Shown here: positions 24,281 through 36,940 of the stretch, one piece after another | How positions within the stretch are numbered: position 1 is the first letter of the stretch | Layout of the letters: each line of letters starts with the position of its first letter | Assembly (NCBI GenBank): GCA_951406725.2 | Contig: OX597815.1 | Location: 163,556,001 to 163,620,000 of the forward strand | Direction of reading: 5' to 3' | Length of the DNA stretch: 64,000 nucleotides | From: Octopus vulgaris | Lineage: Eukaryota | Made by a program: the position numbers and the translations under genes | Notes under the pieces: model-generated | What the model was told of the DNA's origin: nothing | Seen by the model: only the letters and a program-made list of their open reading frames with translations | Database searches by the model: none

Positions 24281-24519
24281 ACAAGTATGTATATGTATAT
24301 ATATATATATATATATCACGATTTGCCTTGTTTTAGTCATTAGACTGTGGCCATTCTGGGGTTACCACTTGATGCAGTACTCTTTTAGCTTCTTATCTTA
24401 ACTGAGATCGAAAGTGTTATCATGTATATATTTTGTCTTGGTATAAACGAAGGCCTACAGTTTGCTTCCAAACCACGTAGTTTTATATTCAGTCGCACTG
24501 CGTGGCAACTTGGAAATGC

Positions 24520-25019
24520 GTCTAGTGGTTAGTTGTGTTGTACTCACGATCGTGAGGTTGTGGTTTCGATTCTCAGACTGCGCGTGAGGTTGTGTTCTTG
24601 AGAAAAACACTTCATTATACGTTGCTCCAGTCCACTCAGTTGTAAATGAGTAATCCCACAATGGACTAGTCCTCTGATCAAGGGCAATGTTGGCCTGCTC
24701 ACCTAGCCAGCGAAGTTCCTTCTTCCTTCCCGAGCCACGCCTGACTCATAAGGGCCGGTTTCCCGGTTTCCTTGGCGTATAGGTTCTCCATCTGGATGGG
24801 ACGCCGGTCCGTCGCAGGTGAGCTGCAAGATGCAGGAGGAAAGAGTGAGAGAAAGTTGTGGCAAAAGAGTCAGCAGAAGTTCGCCATTACCTTCTGCCGG
24901 AGCCGCGTGGAGCTTAGGTGTTTTGCTCATAAACACACACATCGCCCGGTCTGAGATTTGAACGCGTGATCACTCGACCGCAAGTCCGCTGCTCTAACCA
25001 CTAGGCCATGTGCCTCCAC
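24520..25019. mobile_element. Two SINE family C variants (plus ~24520-24710, minus ~24725-25019)
   Basis: Similarity to 6548-6790 and to 45570-45868. Confidence 0.8.
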
Positions 25020-25866
25020 AGCCAGCGGAGTGGCAACATTCAAAAGCTAAAACGATGCAAAGGAGCATTGTAAAGAGCAATGTATAACAAAATTCGATAG
25101 TCTGGTTGATCACATGATATATATATATATATATATTTATATCTTTATATATGCATATATATATGTGTGCATGTGTGTGTGTGCGCGTGTGTGTGTGTCG
25201 CACCACCGCTTGACAATCAGTATGGGTTAGTCGAAGTTTCCGTAACTTAGCAGTTTGCCGAAAGAAACTGATAAAATAAGTAGTACTTATTGCTCCAGTA
25301 TGGCCGCAGTACAGTAGCTGAAACAAATCATCTCTTACCCATTATTGTAGAAATTCTAAAGAAAAAATCAATATGGTTTTCATCCTGGTAGATCAACAGT
25401 GAACGAGATATTAACAATTTGATAATTCATTGAAGAACTAACTCTCTAATACTAGAAGCAGTATTAATAACAGCGGAGTTTAAAAACGTTTCCGATTCAG
25501 TTAACAGAACAAAAATATTTGAGATACAACAGCTGTATGATGCCATTAGAATACACATAGAAATCCACTGTTCTTATTGCCGATGCTGTAACAGACTTTT
25601 CGTGTTGTTACAAGAATGCTTCAAGGCGATAATTTAACGTCCTTTCATTTTGCTATTGTCCTTAGAATATTGGTAAATATAATATATAGTTAAGGTCTTC
25701 AAGTTACTCCTCAACAATGCTCACGCTATTCATTCATATATGAGACTGATATAAAATTTTCAGATCATCTTGAACACATTCCTAATTTCTTACAAATTGT
25801 ACAAAAGCTACTGGTCTCCTTTGCGGCTGCAGCAAAATATGTAAGGCTATACATAAATGATTATAA

Positions 25867-26089
25867 GGCGGCGAGCTGGCAGAAACGTTAGCACGCCGGG
25901 CGAAATGCGTAGCCGTATTTCGTCTGCTGTTACGTTCTGAGTTCAAATTCCGCCGAGGTCGACTTTGCCTTTCATCCTTTCGGGGTCGATAAATTAAGTA
26001 CCAGTTACACACTGGGGTCGATGTAATCGACTTAATCTATCCTTGTTTGTCCCCTCTATGTTTAACCCCTTGTGGGTCGTAAAGAAATA
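25867..26089 (+). mobile_element. SINE family A full-length with TSD
   Basis: Flanked by tacataaatgatta on both sides. Confidence 0.92.
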
Positions 26090-26758
26090 TATACATAAAT
26101 GATTACCTCGCCGCACAAAATATGAATCTTTCGACATCATAAGACAAACTTCAAATTAAAGTCTTCGGCGATATTTTAAACGTGGGAATGATTTTCGATA
26201 CCATGATGAACTCAAAAGATGATTTTCTCATCCAGAAGACAATGTCCTGTGCAGATTGTAACAGATGGGTCAATGCTTGGATATGTGATACAAACCGAAC
26301 TTTTAAAAATCCATACGAGGATTCAAGACCATTAAACGGCTATTACATACAACTAATGGGAAAAAATATATTGTGGACCTCACAAATAAGTATACCTTGC
26401 TGAGTGTCTCTCTTCGACAAAATCATGAGTTAGTACCAATGTTTGTCCCTTCGAGACTTTAGCTTGCTGATGAGAAAAATCGCAGTCTCTTCTAAGCAGA
26501 AATTCACTCCAGAGATGTGACATATAAAGTGAAAGACATTGGTGCGATAATGTAGGGACGTGGGCTTTGGGAAGAAATTGCGACATTTGTCTTGACTAAC
26601 ATCATATTTCGTCTTCAAAGATATGATTTCATATATGTATATATATATATAATAACAAAGGGTAAAATTAATTAATTAAGAAGTAATCAGTAATTTTACC
26701 AAGTAGAATTCGGCATGAAAAAGACCATTTCATGGTAAGCTTAAGTAATACTTAATAA

Positions 26759-27021
26759 TTAGGGTTCAGCAAAGATTTGCTTCATCACATACCGAAGTTT
26801 AGAAATAGCAGTCAAAAAATCTTAGCTATTCCTTCTACTTTAAAAGGGACTCCCAGAAAAACCAAAGTTCTTGACAACAATCCCCTTTGCCTGCGTGGAT
26901 TGTTTTCAAGTACTTTGGCTTTTCTGGGAGTCCCTTTTAAATTAGAAGGAATAGCTAAGATTTTTTGACTGCAATTTCTAAACTTCGGTATGTGATGAAG
27001 CAAATCTTTGCTGAACCCTAA
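26759..27021. repeat. Long inverted repeat (~125-bp arms, 13-nt spacer) in a microsatellite-flanked insert
   Basis: 26759-26883 vs 26897-27021 with few mismatches; mirrored ORFs on both strands. Confidence 0.93.
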
Positions 27022-28049
27022 TTATAAAGTATGTATGTATGTATGTATGTATATGAAATTAATATGTTATCTAAAAAAAGTGGATGGATATATGAATCAA
27101 TAGTATTTTGGCCAATATGACTCGCCGTGTCTGTTACATTTCTTTACGTATTGAATTCAAATCCAACCGGGCTCGACTTTGCCCTTCACTCCTCGGTTGG
27201 CTGACAAGAGCTTGACAAGGACTGTTGTAGATTTAATCAACTTTATACCACCTCCCTCTTCTGCTCACAAAATATGTGGTTTTCTGTCTGTTAGAAATGC
27301 TTAAACTGTTAACTGACAACAATAGGAAGCTAAGAAGCAGGAATGAAATCAGAGAGGAAATAGAAAGAGGAGTGTACATGAGAGGGAAGACACGACAACA
27401 AAGAGAAAAAAAAGAGAGAGAGATGTTCTATCTCCTTTGATAAAGGATAAAGAAATCACAAACTAATGTCAGAAAAGCAAATAAATACATTTCTGTTTTT
27501 CTTTCCTTATTTTTGTATTTTGCTAAGTAAAATAATGTGTGATTCAAATGAACAATAAAAATCAAACAATTGAAAAAGAAGACATTTAAATAAATTGTGG
27601 AATACAAACAATATTTAATATAGACAATATTAATGTTATATATTTGGAAGGTTTATTGTATGATGTTTCTTATTTTATTTTGCACAGTGTACTAATCCTA
27701 TCACACGGTCGGCTGCCGTTTTAATAAAACTTGCAAAATATCCAATTTTGATTTACCGAAATAAATGTAGCAAACAAAATGAAGACTATTTGATGCTTAT
27801 GCACAAAATTAGCCTTTTCATAGATGATGGATGGTGTATAGATGATTAAGTTGCTGGACAGAAAATTACTGATACTTACATGTTATTGAGTTATATGAGA
27901 GAAAGGTAAAATCGAACTGGGTGCAATTTTGAGTCAGGTACTTAGAAATAGATGCAGAGCGTAGCAGAATACACTGGACAATGTGTTCAATGTTATCCAT
28001 AGACACACACAAACGTTACGAAAGTGAATAAATTTCTGTTAGACAAGAC

Positions 28050-28459
28050 GGATCTTTTCGGTTTGAACGACAGTTTTTAACATAATTTCTAGGTAACTAA
28101 AAAAATTTTAAACTTCGTGTACTGGTAGAATGTGTTTATAAAATATCTTTTTCTCTTGGCTTTCTTGAGAAAATTCTATAGTTTGTAAGATATTTCTTGT
28201 TTTTTACTTCAATTTCTGTAATTTCAACCAATCACTGACGTCCATTGAGGTGAAAACATTCTGTGCCGTATGAATATGTCCCTCGTTTAAGAAACAGATT
28301 GGGTTTATTTACATTTGCGAAGACAAAAAGATACCCTTCTCCCCACCCCTAACCCTAACACAGATTAAAATGCAATAGATCGATACTAGGGTCATAATTA
28401 TGGGTGACAATTTCATATGACACCGCTAGAAAAAACTGCCGTTCAAACCGAAAAGATCC
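28050..28459. mobile_element. MITE with ~29-bp TIRs and 8-bp TSD (Merlin-like)
   Basis: TIRs ggatcttttcggtttgaacgacagttttt / aaaaactgccgttcaaaccgaaaagatcc; TSD gacaagac. GG termini with an 8-bp TSD fit the Merlin superfamily. Confidence 0.85.
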
Positions 28460-28532
28460 GACAAGACGAGTTTAATTGTTCCATCAACTAAACTACCTGT
28501 TCAAAAATTCATTCATGATATATAAATGGCTA

Positions 28533-29333
28533 TGGTGGTGAGCTGGCAGAATCGTTAGCATTTTGGGCAAAATGTTTAGTGGCATTTCGTTCATCTTTAT
28601 GTTCTGAGTTCAGATACCATAGACATCGACATTGCTTCTCATCCTTTCGGAGTTCGATAAAATAAGTACAAGTTAAGCACTAAGGTCCATGTATTCGACT
28701 TAACCCCTTGACGCCGGTAATACCCGAAGCATGCGAGACACTGCTCTGGCTTTTTTTTAATCCAATGAAGCCACACAAGTACACAAGTGCCAACGAGCTC
28801 GCGTCTATTTACGTTCTCCGTTACAATAACATAACGTCGTACATTTACGTCGACCGGTTTATGAAAACGAACTATGTGAAGCTATTTATCATTATATGAT
28901 ATGCACGAGTTATTCTGCTCAAGTTAAAAAAATAGCTTGCGTGTGGTACACCTCAAAACACGGTATTATGCATGTAAAGTATCCGCATGTCATTGGTCTA
29001 CTGCTAGTCTCACGACTTGAACGTGACCTAAAATAACTAAGATAATGCACGGGACGGCGAGCGTGCACACCACAAGAGATAAAGTACACGATAGCGAACA
29101 TAAACATACGCCCGCCGGCCGCTAAAATCTTCGTGATAGATGTAAGGCTGCTCTACTTCGTATATTTACGCTAACCGCGGGTAGGCAAGCAAAGGTGTGA
29201 TCACACATTTGCGTCAACTGTTGTCAAGGGGTTAATCCTTCTCCTAAAACTGCTGGCCTTGTGCCAAAATTTGAAACCAAAGAGGTTAATCCTTCTACCA
29301 AAATTGCTGGCTTTGTGCCAAAATTTGAAACCA
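28533..29333 (+). mobile_element. SINE family A interrupted by a piggyBac MITE, with duplicated 3' tail
   Basis: Head at 28533, body to 28703, resumes at 29236. The tail gctggccttgtgccaaaatttgaaacca occurs twice. Confidence 0.8.
28704..29231. mobile_element. piggyBac-type MITE
   Basis: TTAA|ccccttgacgccggt ... actgttgtcaagggg|TTAA; no ORF. Confidence 0.85.
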
Positions 29334-29591
29334 GTATGCACCTATACACTTAATATAATTCTCACAAAGAATCAGCGTCTCAGAGATGGTAGCAAAGGTT
29401 GATTTAGAATTACTGATGCAATCCATCTGATGAGCTCCCAACTATCTGATTTCAGTGATAAAGCTTGGTTCAGCCTGAGGATAAAATAAGACATTGCTCA
29501 AAGTAGTACTCAATGAGATTGAACTCGGTAAATGGTGACTATAAAGCAAACTTAACCGTAACGGGCATAAAACACCATTATTTCCATTATT

Positions 29592-29592
<1 letters not shown>

Positions 29593-29668
<76 letters not shown>
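29593..29668. repeat. (TCTA)n microsatellite
   Basis: Direct inspection. Confidence 0.95.
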
Positions 29669-29669
<1 letters not shown>

Positions 29670-29942
29670 GTTCGAGCGATATCTTTATATTCTATCTTTT
29701 ACTTGTTTCAGTAATCGGACTACTGTCATGGTAAGGCACAGTCAAACAAATAGACCCCAGTACTTTTTAACAATAGACCCCCAGTACTTTTTAAAGTTTG
29801 GTATTTATTCCATCGGTCACATTTGTTGAACCGATTAGTTACGGAGACATAAACAGTCGTCGAACTGTGGTTGGTTTGATAAATGCAGACACAAAGATAC
29901 ACGCAGGCACACCCATAAACACGCATATGATGTATGTGCATG

Positions 29943-30165
<223 letters not shown>

Positions 30166-30311
30166 CATGGACTCTCCCGTCATTAGACGACGTATGAGGG
30201 TTCGGCAATTTCTTGCCGAACAACCACACAGAGGATTTGATTAGAGTGATCAAATGTTTGTGTATGCATAAGCTCACTCCCTCCATCAAATCGACATTAC
30301 CTGTACAGGTA

Positions 30312-30563
30312 ATGTGCCATATGTCAAATGACGAAATGATCGCAGAGCAACGTCAAATGAACTGCTTTGCTCAAGAACACAACGTAACGCCCGGTCTGGG
30401 TATCGAACCCACGAACTTGCAATCGTGAGTGCAACACCCTAACCACTAAACCTTGCACCTTCACACACACACACACACACACGGGCGTTACGTTGTGTTC
30501 TTGAGCAAAGCAGTTCATTTGACGTTGCTCGGCGATCATTTCGTCATTTGACATATGGCACAT
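30312..30563. repeat. 82-bp inverted duplication of part of a minus-strand SINE C, adjoining (CA)n
   Basis: 30312-30393 vs 30482-30563 with one mismatch. Confidence 0.9.
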
Positions 30564-31435
30564 GGTGCACGTGTGTGTGTGTGTGTGTGTGCGTGTGTGT
30601 GTGTGTGCGTACGTGTGTGTGTGTGCGTATGTGTAGATAATTAAGTAGGTAGGCAGGCTGGCAGGCTGGCAGGTAAGTAGGCAAGTAGGTATGTCTACGT
30701 TCATATACAGGCACACATACATACATGCATTTATCAATGCATATAATTATACATATATATGTCTGGATATGTATATCGTATATGTATAGCATTTAGTCAA
30801 CGTATATATTAGCTCAATTTTGCTTCATATTCAAATTACTAGTAGCAAAATCCTTAGTAATACTTCTAAAAATATTGTATTTGCTGATAAAGTGATTTCA
30901 TATTGGCTATGAAGCACTGAGGTGATGCATTCAAACCGAAACATTAGTGTTACTATCAGGATCCCTTCCGATAAAATTCACGTTATTCTGTATATTTGCA
31001 TGAATTAATTCTTATTTTTTAAAATTATCTCCCTTCGTCAGTGAATCAGTAGCCGTATGGAGTTTTCTTGCTGCATGATAATTAAAAAAAAATTTTTTTT
31101 CTTCAAATATAAGGAAAGAATTCTATTCCTTAATACATTTTACACCATTCAGTACATAAACGCTTACTGTGTTTATCTATACACGTACACAAACGCGCAT
31201 AGATGTATATATTTAGAAACACATATGCCTTATCTTACATGCCTAAAAACGTCCAGAGATCTGGTCAAGATCGTACATATGCATAAGAACAACTTACTGC
31301 GCGGAAACGTGGGAGTTATTTAGATATCTCACTCAGTATAAAGAGTGTCTCCTGCATATATTAATATGTCCAGCTTTACTTTACCAATATTACAATTTTC
31401 ATTAAAAATTGTTTCATCTTTGTGCTTTGCGATAA

Positions 31436-31711
31436 ATGTATATGTACACATGTATGTGTGCGCATATAATATATGTATATTTATACGCACATCTAAGGTT
31501 ACATATATATATATGAAAGCATATTTGTATGTATGTGTGCATGTATATATGCATATGTATATACAAAAATACATATACATATATGCGTGTGTGTGTGTAT
31601 ATATTTGTATGCATATGTGCTGGAGTACGTCAAATACACCAGATATGTATATATATTATGTACATGTATGCATGTATATATATCTATGTATGCCTGCCTA
31701 TACACACACAT

Positions 31712-31743
<32 letters not shown>

Positions 31744-31880
31744 TTATATATATATATATGTATATGTATATATATGTATATATATATGTATATGTATATA
31801 TATGTATATGTATATATGTATATGTATATATATGTATATGTATATATATGTATATGTATATATATGTATATGTATATATA

Positions 31881-31921
<41 letters not shown>

Positions 31922-32050
31922 CTATATGTATATGTATATATGTATATATATATATGTATATGTATATATATGTATATGTATATATATATTTATATGTATA
32001 TATATATATATTTGTATGTATATATATACGTATATGTATATGTATATATG

Positions 32051-32133
<83 letters not shown>

Positions 32134-32245
32134 GTACATATGTATATATATAGGTATATATGTATATATATATATGTATATGTATATATATATGTATATG
32201 TATATATATATATGTATATGTATATATATATATGTATATGTATAT

Positions 32246-32277
<32 letters not shown>

Positions 32278-32325
32278 GTATATGTATATATATGTATATG
32301 TATATGTATATATATGTATATGTAT

Positions 32326-32357
<32 letters not shown>

Positions 32358-32457
32358 GTATGTATATATATATGTTTATATGTATATATGTGTATATGTA
32401 TATATGTGTATATATATATATATGTGTGTGTATATATATATGTTATATATATATATA

Positions 32458-32504
<47 letters not shown>

Positions 32505-33166
32505 ATATATATATACATATACACACACACATAATCATATACACGTATGTAAAAATACGTGAATCACTGTGTGTCTCTGTGCGTGCGTCTGTCTATCTGA
32601 AGTGAAGTAACAGCAAAATATTTTGCTTTTTCTTTAAAGCGGAGGTAATTTTATGGCATATATTTCTTAAACTGTAAATTTAATTTCACATTTCTTGTCC
32701 CACTTGAAAACCAAAAATTCAGATTTTACTATAAGATCAAAAGAACAAAATGTGTATTTATTTAATAAAATATGCAAAATATTTAATAAAATACTCATAA
32801 ATCTATCGTGCTTCAACTCCATTTAACTGACGGTTTGACGTTTCATATATTTATATGGACACAATCTACGCATACCTATACATACGCATACGCATAAACA
32901 CGTATATGTGTGCATATATATACGTACATACATATATGTATATATAAATATATATATATATATACACAATAACTTATGGATGTGTACATACATATGTGTG
33001 CGTATATGTGTGTGTGTGTATATATATAATATATATGTATATCATACATATATATATTGAATATATATATATATGTATATAATATATATGTATATTGTAG
33101 ATATATATATAATATATGTATATAATATACATGTATATATATATATATATATGTTGTAAATATATA

Positions 33167-33215
<49 letters not shown>

Positions 33216-33490
33216 ATGTATATATATTATATTAAATATGTATATATAAATACACACGCACACATTAAATATTTTATATAATCTTTATGAATATATGTTT
33301 TGGTTCATTTGAAGCAATATATACTCGCATAGTTACATACACACCCACATATATAAATCTATACGTATACGTGCACATACACACACACACACACACGCGC
33401 GCGCACACACACTTATATATACATATATGTAAATATATTATATACACATGTAGATATATATGTATGTACATTTACGTGTAAGCATGTGTA
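31436..33490. repeat. Very large (TA)/(TATG)/(TG) low-complexity field
   Basis: ~0.8-kb almost pure TA/TG block at 31730-32520 plus flanking arrays; source of the 405-aa and 358-aa I/Y/M/C ORFs. Confidence 0.95.
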
Positions 33491-33810
33491 TGTGTGTGTC
33501 TGATATTTCGTTAATACATTTTTTTGATAAACGATTTAAAACAAGAAAATTACATATATTTGTGTTTCAGCTATTTCTGTCGTGTTTGAAATCATAATAT
33601 TTTTATTTAACATACATTAGATTGTGCTTTATTAGAATGTTTCCAATTCCCGACAACTGTGCTCTGTATGTATGCATCTATGTATGTATGTATGTATGTA
33701 TGTATGTACGTACGTATGTATGTATGTATGTATGTATGTATGTATGTATGTATGTATGTATGTATGTATGTATGTATGTATGTCTCCTTGGATGAATGCC
33801 TATATATATG

Positions 33811-33846
<36 letters not shown>

Positions 33847-33902
33847 TACTTAAATTTTTATATATATGTATACTTTATATATGAATATGTATATATATAC
33901 AT

Positions 33903-33946
<44 letters not shown>

Positions 33947-34261
33947 ATACAAATACACACAGAAATCTATGTATGTGTATATATGTATATGAGAGAGAGA
34001 AATGGCACAAAGATAATAGATATTTATACGTTTTATTCCAGTTAACTAGAATAAAATGTACAAATATCCATTAACTTCGTACCTTGTAACATTATCACTA
34101 ACTACTACTTAGTTTTAATTAGCATAAGCGAAACCGGTCGACTATATAAATATTTTATTTCATAAATATATATTTTTCGAACATAAAATTCCTGTGCATT
34201 TTCCTTTTCTTAATTTTTTGTTACTATAATTGTCCATGAGGAATTTTTCCCCCGAACATTT

Positions 34262-34307
<46 letters not shown>

Positions 34308-34308
34308 G

Positions 34309-34343
<35 letters not shown>

Positions 34344-34439
34344 ATAATATAAATAATATATATGTGCATATATACATACGTATATGTACATACACAATCT
34401 ATACGTATATATATATATATATATATATATGCATATGTG

Positions 34440-35153
34440 GGCACAGGACACCACAAAACGTGTACAACAAAAATACGAAGTACGAGTGGATGGAATATGA
34501 ACTATTTTTCCGAACACCGAAAGACACAAATGAAAAACAAGACAAACAACATAAAGAACAACCCATTGTCAGTTGTTGGCTGTTTTTCTACTTTCATATT
34601 TCGAGTATGTAACAAGATACGCTTTCGATAAAACAGTTGCTTCCGTAAAGCAAATTAATTAAAATTTTGGATTTTGCGGAGGGTCAAAATTGGTAACAAA
34701 ACAGGTCAGTGAAAACAAGCAGGAAGGGCTGCAAAGCCTAATCGAGGTTGTAGTGGAATTGCGTAAATCAAGCTTGAACAGGAGACAGACAAGAACACGT
34801 CTTCCTTGATCCAGCTACAACAGAGAGAAAGAAAGAAATACAAGTGAGAAGAAAGATGGCCGATGGTCAGGTGGGAGCCACATGAACAAGGGAGGAAGGG
34901 TGAGGGAGGGAGAGTGACAGAAAGCGATCTGTGAAGGGGAAAGGAAAGAATTGTACATAGGATAGGACAAAAACAGGAGGGGGAGAAGGGGAGGTTGAAG
35001 AATAAGAGAGAAAAAACGAAAAAGTAATAAGATAGAATAATGGGATAAGAGGAGGTAAAAGAATAGGAGAGAGAAAAACGAAAGAGTAAAACATAGTAGA
35101 GTGCGCATCAGAATTAAGTTAAAACTTACTTGGAAGAGGATGCGTTGCGTTCA

Positions 35154-35160
<7 letters not shown>
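34440..35160 (-). mobile_element. Probable PLE-type 3' UTR/pLTR remnant between (TA)n arrays
   Basis: Microsatellite-flanked, with a strongly purine-rich plus-strand tract like the PLE 3' UTR at 18290-18680, and a degenerate hammerhead-like motif near 34590-34635. Confidence 0.4.
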
Positions 35161-35203
<43 letters not shown>

Positions 35204-35414
35204 TATATACATACGTATATGCACATGCTTACAGCTATACGCATATATATATATCTACATATATATATTATGTATATTATTATATGATTGAACGCCACGC
35301 ACCCTCTTCCAAGTAAATTTTATCTTAATAATTTAATTCTGATGCGCACTCGTACTTCGTATTTTTTGTTGTACATATTTCGTGATGTCCTGTGCCCATA
35401 TAAGCATGTATATA

Positions 35415-36540
35415 CTAGCAGCTAAGCCCCGTTTCACCCGGTCTGTTTGGAGGATGTGGCTGTGATCGTTTTCGGTTAGGCATAATCCATAACAGCGTTT
35501 CTCAACCTTATCAATTCCAGTTCCGTGTTTCGATTGGAGCCTCCAGCTGCATGAAAATTTCCTGATTCCCTCCCACCCCACCCCCACCTCTTGTCAGATT
35601 TTTTCATGGGCCGGCTGGTCTATCTCAAATACATGGGGAGCTGAATTAAATTTTCAAGCAAATACAGTTAGAAAAAATATTTGCCATTTCAAGTCATCAC
35701 TAAAAACAAAGCTCATTAATTTTTTAATGAAATAATAATTTTATTTTTGCAGTGTAAGTTGTAAATTTTGCCCGAGAAATAAAGCGAATTATCACTAAAT
35801 GCATTGTAAAAAAGCTGCAACTCGATAGCAAATATCTCCAAATTGATTAGAAATGCATAAATTTAATAATAATTACGCTAAATAAAATTTGGTCGAGAAA
35901 TACCAAAGAAATTATTTTATATCAACAAAAAACAGACACGTACCTTTATAGAGAACAAATTTTACTCAAATGAAACATACCAAATATATAGAGTTGAAAC
36001 GCTGTTTGATTATTTTTTTCAGCGTTGAATGTTAACCATCACACTTCAATTGCGCGCTCACACGCACGCACAAACACACGCACACACAAAAACACATGCA
36101 TACACACACACACATTCACATACTCCAACCATCCCACTTCCATTGCGCTCGCACACGTACACACAATCACACACCCAAAAACACACACATGAATATACAC
36201 ACATTCACATACCCCCTTTTTACATACACACACATATATATTCAGACATATTTTAAACGCTGTTTCATTTATTTTATTCGGCGTACAATCTTCATCATCA
36301 CACTATTAAGTATGACAACACACCATCCTTCCTTATTCACATATCACCCCTTCCTTTCTCATTCATAAACACAAGATTATGATTATAGTACATTATCTCG
36401 GTAACCATGGAAGCTATGAAGAAAATACAAAGCCCAGCATCACCACCTGATCATTCTACATATATGTATAGATTTTCGCGCACTTCCACCCAGCAGTTTG
36501 ACCGTGAATCTCAAGACAAGAAAGAATCACCCATGTCAAA

Positions 36541-36543
<3 letters not shown>
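35415..36543 (-). mobile_element. Non-autonomous Helitron (minus strand)
   Basis: Minus strand ends ccgggtgaaacgggg-cttagctg-CTAG|T. The other end merges into (TG)(TA)n, so that boundary is approximate. Confidence 0.6.
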
Positions 36544-36609
<66 letters not shown>

Positions 36610-36612
<3 letters not shown>

Positions 36613-36940
36613 CAAAATAAGCAACAAGGATATCCAGAGATAATGCAGTACGATCGTTTCATGTGACTCCATTTAATTGAACAATGCAATCATTTCATTA
36701 CACCAATTTAAAATGTAGAGCAATGTTCAGCTGCACAAAGACATACAATTTAATTAAATTTGAAGGACACATTAGTATAATTTTACCCCAAATCTTAAAG
36801 AGGATAAGGAGATAGACAAATAACATGTTTTACCAACAACATCACAGCTGGAAAAGGAGTATATTTTACAGAATGTTTAAGAAAATATGATCACCGATCG
36901 ATGATTTCGGATTTTATTAATCCTCATAACTCAACAGCCA
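36610..36940 (-). mobile_element. PLE-type terminus with two decayed hammerhead motifs, abutting (TA)n
   Basis: tgcag-CTGAACA-long stem II-GAAACGATCGTA-ctgca (36644-36735), and gttatga-GGATT(aataa)AATCC-GAAA-TCATCGATC (36895-36931). Confidence 0.65.

Noticed and set aside
25400-26620. Possible decayed hAT-like transposase
   Set aside because: Only vague motif hints in inconsistent order; cannot be supported without a profile search.
26990-27021. Hammerhead-like GTGATGA-AGCAAA/TTTGCT-GAAC in the palindrome arms
   Set aside because: The 3-8 pair is broken, GAAA is incomplete, and there is no stem I or III.
30913-30955. Individually calling the weak hammerhead-like traces at 30913, 34110 and 34590 as ribozymes
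   Set aside because: Their cores have two or more mismatches, so they are kept only as supporting traces in the window-wide finding.
31345-32605. Long ORFs of 405, 358, 206 and 202 aa
   Set aside because: They are translations of a stop-free (TA/TG) microsatellite.
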